From the sequence record NC_133119.1: 64,000 nt of DNA. One strand, written 5' to 3'. This stretch comes from Escherichia phage EscoHU1. The notes under the pieces are model-generated. The model was given only the letters and a program-made list of their open reading frames with translations. It had not been told where the DNA came from and made no database searches. Within the stretch, counting starts at the first letter, position 1, and each line of letters begins with the position of its first letter. Shown here in pieces: positions 7,885 to 16,028 of the stretch. Position numbers and translations under genes: made by a program.

Positions 7885-7945
7885 ATATGTTATGGATGAG
7901 TGATCAAAGAGACACACATTTTCTATATACTAGGAGGTGTCAAAA

Positions 7946-8974
7946 ATGACAGAAGAAGTAGCTAAGAAACCTGAATCTCTAAGTGAAGTAGCAGCAGAAC
8001 TGCATCGTCACGAAGAATCAGACAAGAAAAAGTGGGAAAAGCTTAAAGCTCAAGAGCGAGCTGACGAGCATCATTATCATCATCACCATCATGAACACTA
8101 TGAGGAAGATGATGAAGACGACGAAGAAGAAGATGAACATGAACATCATGGTTATCACAAATATGGAGAAAGAAAAATGCAAGAACCAGTAAACGTATTC
8201 ACTAACGGCTTCCCTGGCCTGATGGGTGGTTACCCAGCTAACGCAGGTGCTTTCGGTGGAGAAGGTATGGGTCTATTCGGAGCTATCCTAATCGGTGCTC
8301 TATTAACAGGCGGATTCGGTGGATTTGGTGGATTTGGCGGACGTGGAGCAGGTGCTGTGGCTGAATTAACTGGTGTAGAAACTGTTCTGAGTAACCAAAA
8401 TACGTCAAGTATCCTATCTGCAATCAATACTGCTCGTACTGAAGCTAACCAGGGAACTGGTGCTGTTCTAAGCGCAGTAAATGGTGTAGGTGCTGCAGGT
8501 GCTGCTAGCACTCAGCAGATTCTGACTTCTCTGTACGGTACTGGTGCTAACCTGTCCAATCAGATCTGTCAGGAAACTCGTAGCGTTATTCAGGGTCAGT
8601 TTGACCTGTCTCGCCAGATCGATCAGTCCTTCGCGGCTAACCAGATCGCTCGTGCTCAAGACAAGTTTGATGCTGCTCAGATCGCTTTCCAGCAGACTAT
8701 TCAGACTAACAACCAGTTCGCTGCTGTAGCTGCACAGGCGTGCGCTAACCAGAACGCTCTGGAACGTCAGATCGCTGAATGTTGCTGTGAACTTCAGACT
8801 GCAATCGCTGGTGTAACTACTGCGCGTATTCAGGATGAATTAGATGAATGCCGTCTGCGTGAAGCAATCGCTGCAGGTAATGGTGCTAATGGTCAGGTAA
8901 TCAACCAAATCGCTGTAAGTCTTGGTGCTATCACTCAGACTCTAGCTGGTCTGCAGGCTAAACTGCCGGCTTAA
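7946..8974 (+). CDS. low-complexity protein: His/acidic N-terminus, glycine-zipper hydrophobic segment, Ala/Gln-rich C-terminus with Cys cluster
   Basis: ATG at 7946 with AGGAGG RBS (ORF track starts at GTG 7937); HHYHHHHHEHYEEDDEDDEEEDEHEHH, GLFGAILIGALLTGGFGGFGGFGG, C-terminal AECCCE; host-like codon usage. Confidence 0.55.
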   Translation: MTEEVAKKPESLSEVAAELHRHEESDKKKWEKLKAQERADEHHYHHHHHEHYEEDDEDDEEEDEHEHHGYHKYGERKMQEPVNVFTNGFPGLMGGYPANAGAFGGEGMGLFGAILIGALLTGGFGGFGGFGGRGAGAVAELTGVETVLSNQNTSSILSAINTARTEANQGTGAVLSAVNGVGAAGAASTQQILTSLYGTGANLSNQICQETRSVIQGQFDLSRQIDQSFAANQIARAQDKFDAAQIAFQQTIQTNNQFAAVAAQACANQNALERQIAECCCELQTAIAGVTTARIQDELDECRLREAIAAGNGANGQVINQIAVSLGAITQTLAGLQAKLPA

Positions 8975-8996
8975 TAATTAAGGGGAGGAGCCCATT

Positions 8997-9431
8997 ATGA
9001 GTAAATATGGTTTTGTGAACAACGGATTTAATCAACAAATGGGCTCCCAGCAGCCCGTTCCGGGTCTAGATAACCCTTACTTACAACAGTTGCAACAGCG
9101 TTTGGCAGAAGCACAAAATATGCAACAGCAGTTCCAACAACCTGGAACTGCTAACCCTATGCAGATGATGCAACAGCAAATGGTAGGGCAGCCGCAAATG
9201 CCTCAACAAATGCAGCCTCAGATGCAGCAAATGCAACAAATGCCTCAACAGCAGCAAGTTCAACAACTCCAACATCCGCAGGTATCTGCGGAAGGACAGG
9301 CTGTTCTAGCCCTTTTCGAAGACTTCGCTAAAACAGAGGATGGGAAGCAACTTGTATCGCTTATGGGTAAGTTTAACAGCTTCTGTCAGAGTCAGGTTGC
9401 AAAAGCTCAGAATGGGGGTAATAACTCCTAA
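8997..9431 (+). CDS. Gln/Met-rich low-complexity protein
   Basis: 144 aa, GGAGG RBS, long Q/M/P-rich tract (QQQMVGQPQMPQQMQPQMQQMQQMPQQQQ). Confidence 0.5.
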   Translation: MSKYGFVNNGFNQQMGSQQPVPGLDNPYLQQLQQRLAEAQNMQQQFQQPGTANPMQMMQQQMVGQPQMPQQMQPQMQQMQQMPQQQQVQQLQHPQVSAEGQAVLALFEDFAKTEDGKQLVSLMGKFNSFCQSQVAKAQNGGNNS

Positions 9432-9440
9432 GGAGAAATT

Positions 9441-9635
9441 ATGTGTTGTAGAAAACCTGTGTCATGCTGTCCTATGCCTGTAGCACGTTGTTGCTCTCCA
9501 GCAATGTTTACACAAATACCGGTGTTCAATCCCTTTGCCTTTAAGCCTACTCTTATCCTGCCCCCTAGAGTAGATTTTCAGTCAAGATTGGTCTCCCGTA
9601 TGGGTGGTTGCTGTACACCGAGAGTATGGTTCTAA
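9441..9635 (+). CDS. small Cys-rich protein
   Basis: 64 aa ORF with GGAGA RBS, CC pairs at both ends (MCCRKPVSCCP...GGCCTP). Confidence 0.4.
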   Translation: MCCRKPVSCCPMPVARCCSPAMFTQIPVFNPFAFKPTLILPPRVDFQSRLVSRMGGCCTPRVWF

Positions 9636-9647
9636 ACCAAAAAACAA

Positions 9648-9682
9648 AAGCCCCTACGTCTTTTGACTAGGGGCTTTCTTGT
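9648..9682. terminator. bidirectional intrinsic terminator
   Basis: GC hairpin AGCCCCTA...TAGGGGCT flanked by A-run upstream and T-run downstream, between convergent genes. Confidence 0.55.
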
Positions 9683-10213
9683 TTATAAATTTAAGTAATC
9701 TAGAGAAGGTATCACACCATCAAATTCTTCTAGGATAGCAAACTCTCCAGCAAATTCTTTCCTCATTTCGTTAGCTTTTGCTATCGCACTTCCAAGATCT
9801 TCGTAACCAAAAGATCCTCCTGATCTTTTAATACCTTCCTTATCTCTTATTAATACTCTCCATTTTTGCCTGTTCTTCTCCCAGCATACATTAGCATACC
9901 CAGACTTAGACTTTAATTTCTTATTTCTTTGATTTTGAGAATCTGTAGATTCTCTTAGATTGTCCCATGCATTATTATTTCTAATCCTATCTTTATGATC
10001 GACCATGCTAGGTAGGTATCCTTTTACATAAAGGAATGCTAGAACATGGGCTAAGTACATTTTTCCAGAGATCTGAATTCTGATATATCCATCAGATGTT
10101 AGGCTTCCCGCAATGCTGCCGGCCTTCTTGTTTCCTCTACTAACCTTATATGTAAACAATCCAGTTTCTTGATCATAGTCAAAAAGCTCTTTCAATTTTT
10201 CTTGAGTTAACAT
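9683..10213 (-). CDS. HNH homing endonuclease with AP2-type DNA-binding domain
   Basis: 176 aa; N-terminal HNH_3-like region (YIRIQISGKMYLAHVLAF...VDHKDRIRNNNAWDNLRE) and C-terminal AP2-like region (GYANVCWEKNRQKWRVLIRDKEG). Confidence 0.7.
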   Translation of the reverse strand: MLTQEKLKELFDYDQETGLFTYKVSRGNKKAGSIAGSLTSDGYIRIQISGKMYLAHVLAFLYVKGYLPSMVDHKDRIRNNNAWDNLRESTDSQNQRNKKLKSKSGYANVCWEKNRQKWRVLIRDKEGIKRSGGSFGYEDLGSAIAKANEMRKEFAGEFAILEEFDGVIPSLDYLNL

Positions 10214-10229
10214 AAGTTCCTTAAATACA

Positions 10230-10263
10230 GAAAAGCCCTGCGCTCTCCAGGGAACGCAGGGCT
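10230..10263 (-). terminator. intrinsic terminator downstream of the SPFH gene
   Basis: Hairpin GCCCTGCG...CGCAGGGC followed by a T-run on the minus strand. Confidence 0.5.
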
Positions 10264-10287
10264 TACTTCAGAGATTACATGCTGGTA

Positions 10288-11235
10288 TTACTTATTACGC
10301 ATATCCATGATCATCTGGCCATCGTAACCAGTTCCCACTACTGTTTGCGGTACACCACCTTGGTATTTTTCAGCACGAAGCATTTCAACTTCCAGCTGCT
10401 TCCAACGAATCATTTCAGGAGTAATGGTACGTTGCAGAGCGGCGTTAGCTTCAGCTTCTTTCTTAGCTGCGTACAGTTTAGCATCTGCGTCACGTTCGTT
10501 AGCTACTGCCATGTTTTCACGAGCAGAGCGATCTGCTTCAGCTTGCTTAACTTTCTGCTGTGCTTCTTGTTCAACACGAGCCAGTTCAGCTTTTGCTGCG
10601 TTAACTTGTTCTTCACGAACTTTTGTGTTCTGTACCTGTTCCATAATTACCGGTGGCAGAGTAATATCCTGAAGGAATACTTGCTTAACGGTGTAACCAT
10701 AAGGGCGCGCATACTCTTCTACTTCTTGCTGAATAGCAGTTTGCAGTTGAGCCTGAATCTTAGCGTCGAACAGATCTTGTGCTTTTGGTACAGACTTACC
10801 AAACTCACGAATCGTAGATAGCATCTTCTCTTCAACGTATTTGTTAAGAGCTTGATCCTGAGTACCTGCGTTAACACGGTTCATAGGAGCTTTAGCTCCA
10901 TCAAACTGTAACATAACGGTAATGTCAACAGTAGACTTAAACTTATCCTGGCTAGGAACCTGAAGTTTATCCAGTTTCATAGAAATATCTTTCGTACTAA
11001 AAGTATCAAAAGAGGCTAATGGGTTAACAATATGGAAGCCTGGCAATACAGGATTCGGGCTAACTTTACCCAGGAAAGTTTGAGTCTTAACAGTACCATC
11101 CTGAACAACTGTATAGGAATTGAGAGCCAGAATAAGAGCACCAAGACCAACAGCAGCACCAACACCCCAACGTTTAATAGTACGAATTACTTTTTGCTCA
11201 GAAGTCAGTTCTTTAGTGTTTTTAGTAAACATATA
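10288..11235 (-). CDS. SPFH/band-7 (HflC/HflK/prohibitin-like) membrane protein
   Basis: N-terminal transmembrane helix then band-7-like domain and long coiled-coil tail; start taken at MFTKNTKEL because the longer ORF would overlap tRNA-Arg. Confidence 0.6.
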   Translation of the reverse strand, partial: YMFTKNTKELTSEQKVIRTIKRWGVGAAVGLGALILALNSYTVVQDGTVKTQTFLGKVSPNPVLPGFHIVNPLASFDTFSTKDISMKLDKLQVPSQDKFKSTVDITVMLQFDGAKAPMNRVNAGTQDQALNKYVEEKMLSTIREFGKSVPKAQDLFDAKIQAQLQTAIQQEVEEYARPYGYTVKQVFLQDITLPPVIMEQVQNTKVREEQVNAAKAELARVEQEAQQKVKQAEADRSARENMAVANERDADAKLYAAKKEAEANAALQRTITPEMIRWKQLEVEMLRAEKYQGGVPQTVVGTGYDGQMIMDMRNK

Positions 11236-11265
11236 TTTCCTTTGTTTAGTTACAGTTAATAAAAT

Positions 11266-11340
11266 TGGCCGAGGTGACAGGATTCGAACCTGCATAAAGG
11301 AATTTAGAAGACTCCTGCCTATCCCTTAGACTACACCCCG
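11266..11340 (-). tRNA. tRNA-Arg (anticodon UCU)
   Basis: Acceptor CGGGGTG/CACCTCG, anticodon stem GGAGT/ATTCC with loop CTTCTAA, T-arm GCAGG-TTCGAAT-CCTGT, CCA. Confidence 0.55.
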
Positions 11341-12192
11341 TTTAGGTATTTTTAAGAACTCTCGTAAAAGTCCATAAAAATACCCGACGGTAGGTAGGGT
11401 CAGCCCCCTCAGATTAAGCTCTGCAGCCCTTCCGTCAGACAATATCTTCCAGTTTAAGTCAGGGTGACTTTGTGGTTATGTTCTCCGTATGTGAAGAACT
11501 CGGTTAGGCTTAGGTCATGACTCCCAGCCTGCTGCTGCCGCTCAACAGGAATTATCGCGAATTACCTGTACTATTGGGCACCATTAGTGACATCTCTCAT
11601 GTCAGCATTTCCCACTCTCATATTCACGCGGTCTGTTAGAATCGCACCTCCGATTTTCGATGCGAAGCTGGATGCCTAGTCTCTAGGTTAAACGGGGCAC
11701 ACACTAGGCAGTGATCCCGAGTTCCGAGTTTGGTTGAGGCCGTCAGGTTTCCTCGTGGTTTAGCTGTTTCGATTCTAACCTAATACTGATCAGGCGGTGT
11801 ACCTCCTGAACCGTCATAGTATGTACTACAGCAGCGAATGCTTATCCGGTATAAGCCCGAGTTATCTGATTCTTTCCGACCGCAGGATTCGAACCTGCAT
11901 CTTCCACCAGTTACGGTTTGATATTACCGTTTATACTAGGACGGCAGTGTTATCACATAAGTCAGTTCGACACCCCACTAACATAAACTAGAGAAGAGTT
12001 TACGAGATTTCGGGACAGCTCCCGAGTTTTCCGCAGATTTTCAGTTCCCTATCAATAGCAATAAGCGTTAGCTCGTAGCCTCTCTCAGAGTACTTACTAG
12101 TCTCCAACTCACCGACTCTATTCAGTGGAATAGCTATCCTAGTAGGAATCACTAAACTCACTCAGCGTAATCGGCTCGCTGTTCTCTAATTT
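11341..12192 (-). ncRNA. candidate long structured non-coding transcript / tRNA leader
   Basis: About 850 nt with no ORF over 64 codons on either strand, visibly higher GC than flanking DNA, directly downstream of a consensus promoter (12201-12229) and upstream of tRNA-Arg; contains a tRNA-like T-arm at about 11880-11896. Confidence 0.35.
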
Positions 12193-12200
12193 ATGAATCT

Positions 12201-12229
12201 ATTATACAGAATTTTGAAGCGTTTAGCAA
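12201..12229 (-). promoter_or_regulatory. T5-type promoter driving the ORF-free region
   Basis: Reverse complement TTGCTA-17-TATAAT; no ORF downstream. Confidence 0.5.
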
Positions 12230-12237
12230 ATCAATTT

Positions 12238-12681
12238 TTAATTAAATTCGCCAGCAACCTGAGCAGCAATGCCACCATCGTAACGACCAGGAAACTCTTC
12301 CTTAATCGCTTTCATCAGCATACCCTTTGTAATCCCAGGATTCAACTTAACTAATTCTGCAAAGTATTTGCGAATCTCAGAATCAGATAACTGAGGCGGC
12401 AGATACTGTTGTAGCCATTTGTTCAGTATATATTCATACTGAGCAGACTGCAAGCTATAATTATCAAGGTCTTGACCGTGAAGTTTAGCTTTCGTCTGAT
12501 TAATGCTTTTCAGTTGAGCTTTTAGATAAGATACAAACTGTTCAGAAGTAATGAAGTCTTTATCAACACGCTGAAGATCTCCGATTATGGTCTGGTAGCT
12601 TTTAGCTACTTCTTTATCAGAACCATCAACCTTAGATTCCTGCAAAGCCCTACGCAAAACATCTAGAATATTCTCTTCCAT
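12238..12681 (-). CDS. GatB/YqeY-domain protein
   Basis: 147 aa; LNKWLQQYLPPQLSDSEIRKYFAEL...GMLMKAIKEEFPGRYDGGIAAQV resembles the YqeY/GatB C-terminal domain (EYLP.QLS...GR.DG). Confidence 0.5.
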   Translation of the reverse strand: MEENILDVLRRALQESKVDGSDKEVAKSYQTIIGDLQRVDKDFITSEQFVSYLKAQLKSINQTKAKLHGQDLDNYSLQSAQYEYILNKWLQQYLPPQLSDSEIRKYFAELVKLNPGITKGMLMKAIKEEFPGRYDGGIAAQVAGEFN

Positions 12682-12850
12682 TATTTAATTCCCAGTGCTT
12701 GGTTAAAAGATTGTTCTGTCATAACTGCCGAGACTTTGGCGAAATCAAACTTCTTAGGGTTTGTAGTAATTTCAGCAACGTTAGTAGTTTTAACTGTTTT
12801 CGTAGTACGGATACCACGAGTATTAACACCAATAATTACAACTGATTTCA
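12681..12850 (-). CDS. small hypothetical protein (about 55 aa)
   Basis: Hand-translated ORF MKSVVIIGVNTRGIRTTK... with GAGAGGAAG RBS; below ORF-track cutoff. Confidence 0.35.
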
Positions 12851-12882
12851 TATTTCGCTTCCTCTCATTAATTTATGAAAGT

Positions 12883-12911
12883 ATTATACAGAAATTTAAG
12901 TCTTTAAGCAA
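12883..12911 (-). promoter_or_regulatory. T5-type early promoter
   Basis: Reverse complement TTGCTT-17-TATAAT. Confidence 0.5.
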
Positions 12912-12919
12912 TCGAATTT

Positions 12920-13369
12920 TTAAGTTTTCTTAACCACAGGCTTATAGAACGTATGACCTTGAATCTTCGTTGTTTTCTTAAACTTCTTTGTCCAGTACGG
13001 TTTATCTTTACCACTATGAAAGTATAACGCTCCATGTGTTGGATCTTGTGGTAAATCAACGTAGTATATCACTCTAGCTAAATTCTTAGCAACTTGCCAA
13101 GCCTCATCGGTTTTATCAACTTTTGGTCTCTTGGCCACCCAAGAGAACTGGTTAGACTGATATACTACTTTACAGTAAGAATCAGGAAAAGTACCAGAGT
13201 TAACACGGTTTTTAGTAACCTGTGCAACTGCGATCATTCCTTTAGTGCCCTCACCTCGTGCTTCGAAGTAGATGTTTTTTGCAATGCAATCAATCTGCTT
13301 TGAGTCGTAGGTCGCATGACTATTGAAGCTATAGGTTAGGGCAGCTATTAAAAGCAAAGCTGCCTTCAT
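12920..13369 (-). CDS. SleB-family cell-wall hydrolase with signal peptide
   Basis: Signal peptide MKAALLLIAALTYSFNSHA then NIYFEARGE...IAVAQVTKNRV...YCKVVYQSNQFSW (SleB/Hydrolase_2 hallmark); start at MKAALL with GGAG RBS. Confidence 0.6.
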   Translation of the reverse strand: MKAALLLIAALTYSFNSHATYDSKQIDCIAKNIYFEARGEGTKGMIAVAQVTKNRVNSGTFPDSYCKVVYQSNQFSWVAKRPKVDKTDEAWQVAKNLARVIYYVDLPQDPTHGALYFHSGKDKPYWTKKFKKTTKIQGHTFYKPVVKKT

Positions 13370-13374
13370 TTTAT

Positions 13375-13692
13375 TTACTCCGGCCAATCGTACTCAATAC
13401 GATTAGGGCTTTCTTGATACCCTTCGTCTAGGAGATCATTACGCATGGTCTCTTTAGCTACTGGGTTCGAGGTTACTAGTACCACTTTCTTGGGTCTCTG
13501 ACCAAATTCTAGGAGTAAACGAAGAATTTGATAACCTTCCATACCATCTACAGCCAGATCGTTATCCATATAAACGAAATGACCGGTGGTATCGGTTTTA
13601 TTCAGAAACTCAACAGCGGCTTCGGGGGTTCGAATGATAATGTCCATTCCATGAAGGTTACGCACATCATCAATCAGAATATGAAAAATCAT
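13375..13692 (-). CDS. hypothetical protein, receiver-like fold suspected
   Basis: 105 aa ORF; alternating hydrophobic strands and acidic residues (ILIDDV...YMDNDL...VVLVTSNP). Confidence 0.4.
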   Translation of the reverse strand: MIFHILIDDVRNLHGMDIIIRTPEAAVEFLNKTDTTGHFVYMDNDLAVDGMEGYQILRLLLEFGQRPKKVVLVTSNPVAKETMRNDLLDEGYQESPNRIEYDWPE

Positions 13693-13722
13693 AATAGCCT
13701 CGTCTCATCAATTTAAAAATAT

Positions 13723-13751
13723 ATTATACAGAAAACTAAACTAATTAGCAA
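13723..13751 (-). promoter_or_regulatory. T5-type early promoter
   Basis: Reverse complement TTGCTA-17-TATAAT, RBS and ATG of the 13692 gene follow. Confidence 0.5.
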
Positions 13752-14131
13752 ATACATTTTTAAATTGAGAGACTAGTAAACCGATAAACAGCCTAGAGGC
13801 GCCACAGGCCATATCTTATGAGCCATGTACCTTTGATCTAGGGTTTGAATCATCAACGAATACTTTGCATCTTTTAGCTTTAGAAGGTTAGAAGTTTGAG
13901 TTCTTTTAACTTTTCAGCTTTCATACTTGAGCGTTGATCTTTGAAGTTGTGTTGGTACTACCAACGACCGTTTTTACAGTTCAGCTTAAGAGGCTGGTGT
14001 AATAAACATAATCTCCAATAGATTATACTTTATAGTATGGTCAGCGGTCTTATTTAACCTCGTATTTCAACCGCTGCTGCGAGGTAAGATGCTTGGGCTT
14101 TCGTCTACCGATTTACTAGTCTTTTAAATTA

Positions 14132-14770
14132 TTACTCTACTTCGATGAAAGTAGAGGCGTTGGACTCAGACAGAACAAAGTCAACGTTAGTTGCAAAGTC
14201 CTGGTATTCTTCGTCGTGTTGCTTGATCAGCTTTTCTAGCTCCAGCGGATCGATCAGGAACGGAGTGTTCTTGAGTTCCAGCAGGTTAAGCTGCATCTTA
14301 ACTTCATCCTCGGAAGTCTTCTTGTCGCGGGTAGCCATGGTATCCTGCAGACGCTCATACTTGGCGTCAAACTGAGCCTTCTGAGTGTTAAACTTAACAG
14401 TAGCAGCATGGAACTGCTTACGCATGTTAGCCAGCAACTGAGCTTTGAGTTCCATAGAACGCTTAGCTTCGATTGCTTCCGCAACAGTCATAGAGCGAGA
14501 ACCGATCTCTACAACAGTTTCAGCATTGCTCTTGATCAGCGCTGCTTTCAGATGATCACGCTGGGTCATCATATCCAGCAGAGACTGGAAATCAGTTTTA
14601 ATACGAGTAGACAGAGCATCTACTTCGATTGCAGCACCAACGACAACTTGATTCTTGTCTTTACCTTCACCAACAGCAATCAAAAGCTGTTGTTCAGTAG
14701 CTTTACGGATTTTAGCTTCCAGAGACTTGATAGTTGCCAGAGCACGAGTTTTAGAGATACGAGTAGACAT
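14132..14770 (-). CDS. hypothetical helical protein
   Basis: 212 aa ORF with host-like codon usage suggesting high expression. Confidence 0.5.
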   Translation of the reverse strand: MSTRISKTRALATIKSLEAKIRKATEQQLLIAVGEGKDKNQVVVGAAIEVDALSTRIKTDFQSLLDMMTQRDHLKAALIKSNAETVVEIGSRSMTVAEAIEAKRSMELKAQLLANMRKQFHAATVKFNTQKAQFDAKYERLQDTMATRDKKTSEDEVKMQLNLLELKNTPFLIDPLELEKLIKQHDEEYQDFATNVDFVLSESNASTFIEVE

Positions 14771-14824
14771 TATTTGCTTCCTTATATGAAGTTTGAGATT
14801 TGAATTTGTTTTAAAAACGGTCTA

Positions 14825-15007
14825 TTACAGACCGATTGCCAGCAGAGTGCGCAGAACAGTATCAGAACTGTTATCAATATTCGGATTGGCGCGATTCAGT
14901 ACGTTAAAGATTTTCTGGATGCCGGACTGACGTTCAGCCATATGACGCAGACCCAGGTTACGTTTTGCTACTTTACCATTTTTACGGACGTTTTTAGATA
15001 CTGGCAT
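14825..15007 (-). CDS. small basic protein, hypothetical
   Basis: 60 aa ORF, Lys/Arg-rich N-terminus. Confidence 0.45.
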   Translation of the reverse strand: MPVSKNVRKNGKVAKRNLGLRHMAERQSGIQKIFNVLNRANPNIDNSSDTVLRTLLAIGL

Positions 15008-15047
15008 AATTGTTTTCCTTTTGTTGTTCTCTCAAATTTATGAATAT

Positions 15048-15076
15048 ATTATACAGGATTTTGGAGCTGAAAGCAA
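15048..15076 (-). promoter_or_regulatory. T5-type early promoter
   Basis: Reverse complement TTGCTT-17-TATAAT. Confidence 0.5.
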
Positions 15077-15077
15077 A

Positions 15078-15779
15078 TCAAATTTTGATTTTTTCGATCA
15101 TGACGGCTACACAATAACTTTCAACTAAAGCATCGAATGCTGGATCATGCTTCACAGGATAGATTCCATAACGAATGGTGTCCATCTTTTCCATTTTAGC
15201 TTTTGCCCAGCTAGCACCTTCGGCTTCTAGATCTTTATAGCTATAACCAGCTTGCATCCACTGATTACGGAAAGATCGAACGTTACCTAAGTTCCAGAAT
15301 TTCCACGGAACTATTTCTTCATGGGTTCCGGCATGGAACGTATTTGCAGAGTAGATTGTCATATCAAACTCTGGGCCATTGCCGTAATACAGAGCATTAT
15401 CTCCTAGAGACAATTCCATAATGTTCTGAGCCATAGAGAAGGCAGCATAATTAGAGCCTACGTCATTAGTGCAGTGATGCTTACCATCACGGAAGGCAAT
15501 CAGTTTAGGATTACGACCATTTAGAGCCTCCATAATATGGAGCGCAGATGGACTGTTTTTAGCTTGATCCATCCAGAATGCAATAGTAGAGGCAGTTACC
15601 TTAGCACCCGCATTAAGCTGATCTTGAACGTCTAGAGTAACGAATACCAGATCAGGATCTTTATCAATTCCGTGCATCGCTACAAAAGCGAAAGAAGGCA
15701 TTGCAATATGAGTAGTACCGCAATTTCCTGGAGTACCTAGAGATTCAATGTCCAGCATACCAAAGGGCTTGAATTTCAT
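15078..15779 (-). CDS. DnaQ-like (DEDDh) 3'-5' exonuclease, putative
   Basis: 233 aa; N-terminal LDIESLG (Exo I D-x-E) and C-terminal H-x4-D (VKHDPAFDAL). Confidence 0.45.
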   Translation of the reverse strand: MKFKPFGMLDIESLGTPGNCGTTHIAMPSFAFVAMHGIDKDPDLVFVTLDVQDQLNAGAKVTASTIAFWMDQAKNSPSALHIMEALNGRNPKLIAFRDGKHHCTNDVGSNYAAFSMAQNIMELSLGDNALYYGNGPEFDMTIYSANTFHAGTHEEIVPWKFWNLGNVRSFRNQWMQAGYSYKDLEAEGASWAKAKMEKMDTIRYGIYPVKHDPAFDALVESYCVAVMIEKIKI

Positions 15780-15809
15780 AATTATGTCCTTTATTGTTGT
15801 AGAAAGCTA

Positions 15810-16022
15810 TTAAAGAGCTGTCTCTTTAATAGAATCCCACTGTTTGGGGTCTTTCAGAGGAAGTTCCTCTTCTTCAAACAGGTCTGTTCCATTTTCGTTA
15901 ACATCCCAGTTTTCTTCCATGATCTCTTCTAGAAGCTCATGTTTAGAAAGACGAGTGTAGTCTCTAGCAGATTTATGAGTGCTAGCACGATTAAAATCAT
16001 TCTTTGCAACGAAGTTACGCAT
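15810..16022 (-). CDS. hypothetical protein
   Basis: 70 aa ORF. Confidence 0.45.
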   Translation of the reverse strand: MRNFVAKNDFNRASTHKSARDYTRLSKHELLEEIMEENWDVNENGTDLFEEEELPLKDPKQWDSIKETAL

Positions 16023-16028
16023 AGTTTC

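Noticed and set aside
8230-8659. Minus-strand ORFs with PNPPNPP repeats inside the His-rich gene
   Set aside because: Antisense reading of the glycine-repeat DNA of gene 7946-8974; no independent signals.
10279-10821. 180-aa plus-strand ORF (also 10424-10672)
   Set aside because: Antisense to the SPFH gene; Cys/Phe/Leu-rich shadow frame.
11797-11991. 64-aa plus-strand ORF inside the ORF-free GC-rich region
   Set aside because: No RBS or promoter, opposite to the local transcription direction, and overlaps the tRNA-like T-arm; more likely chance.
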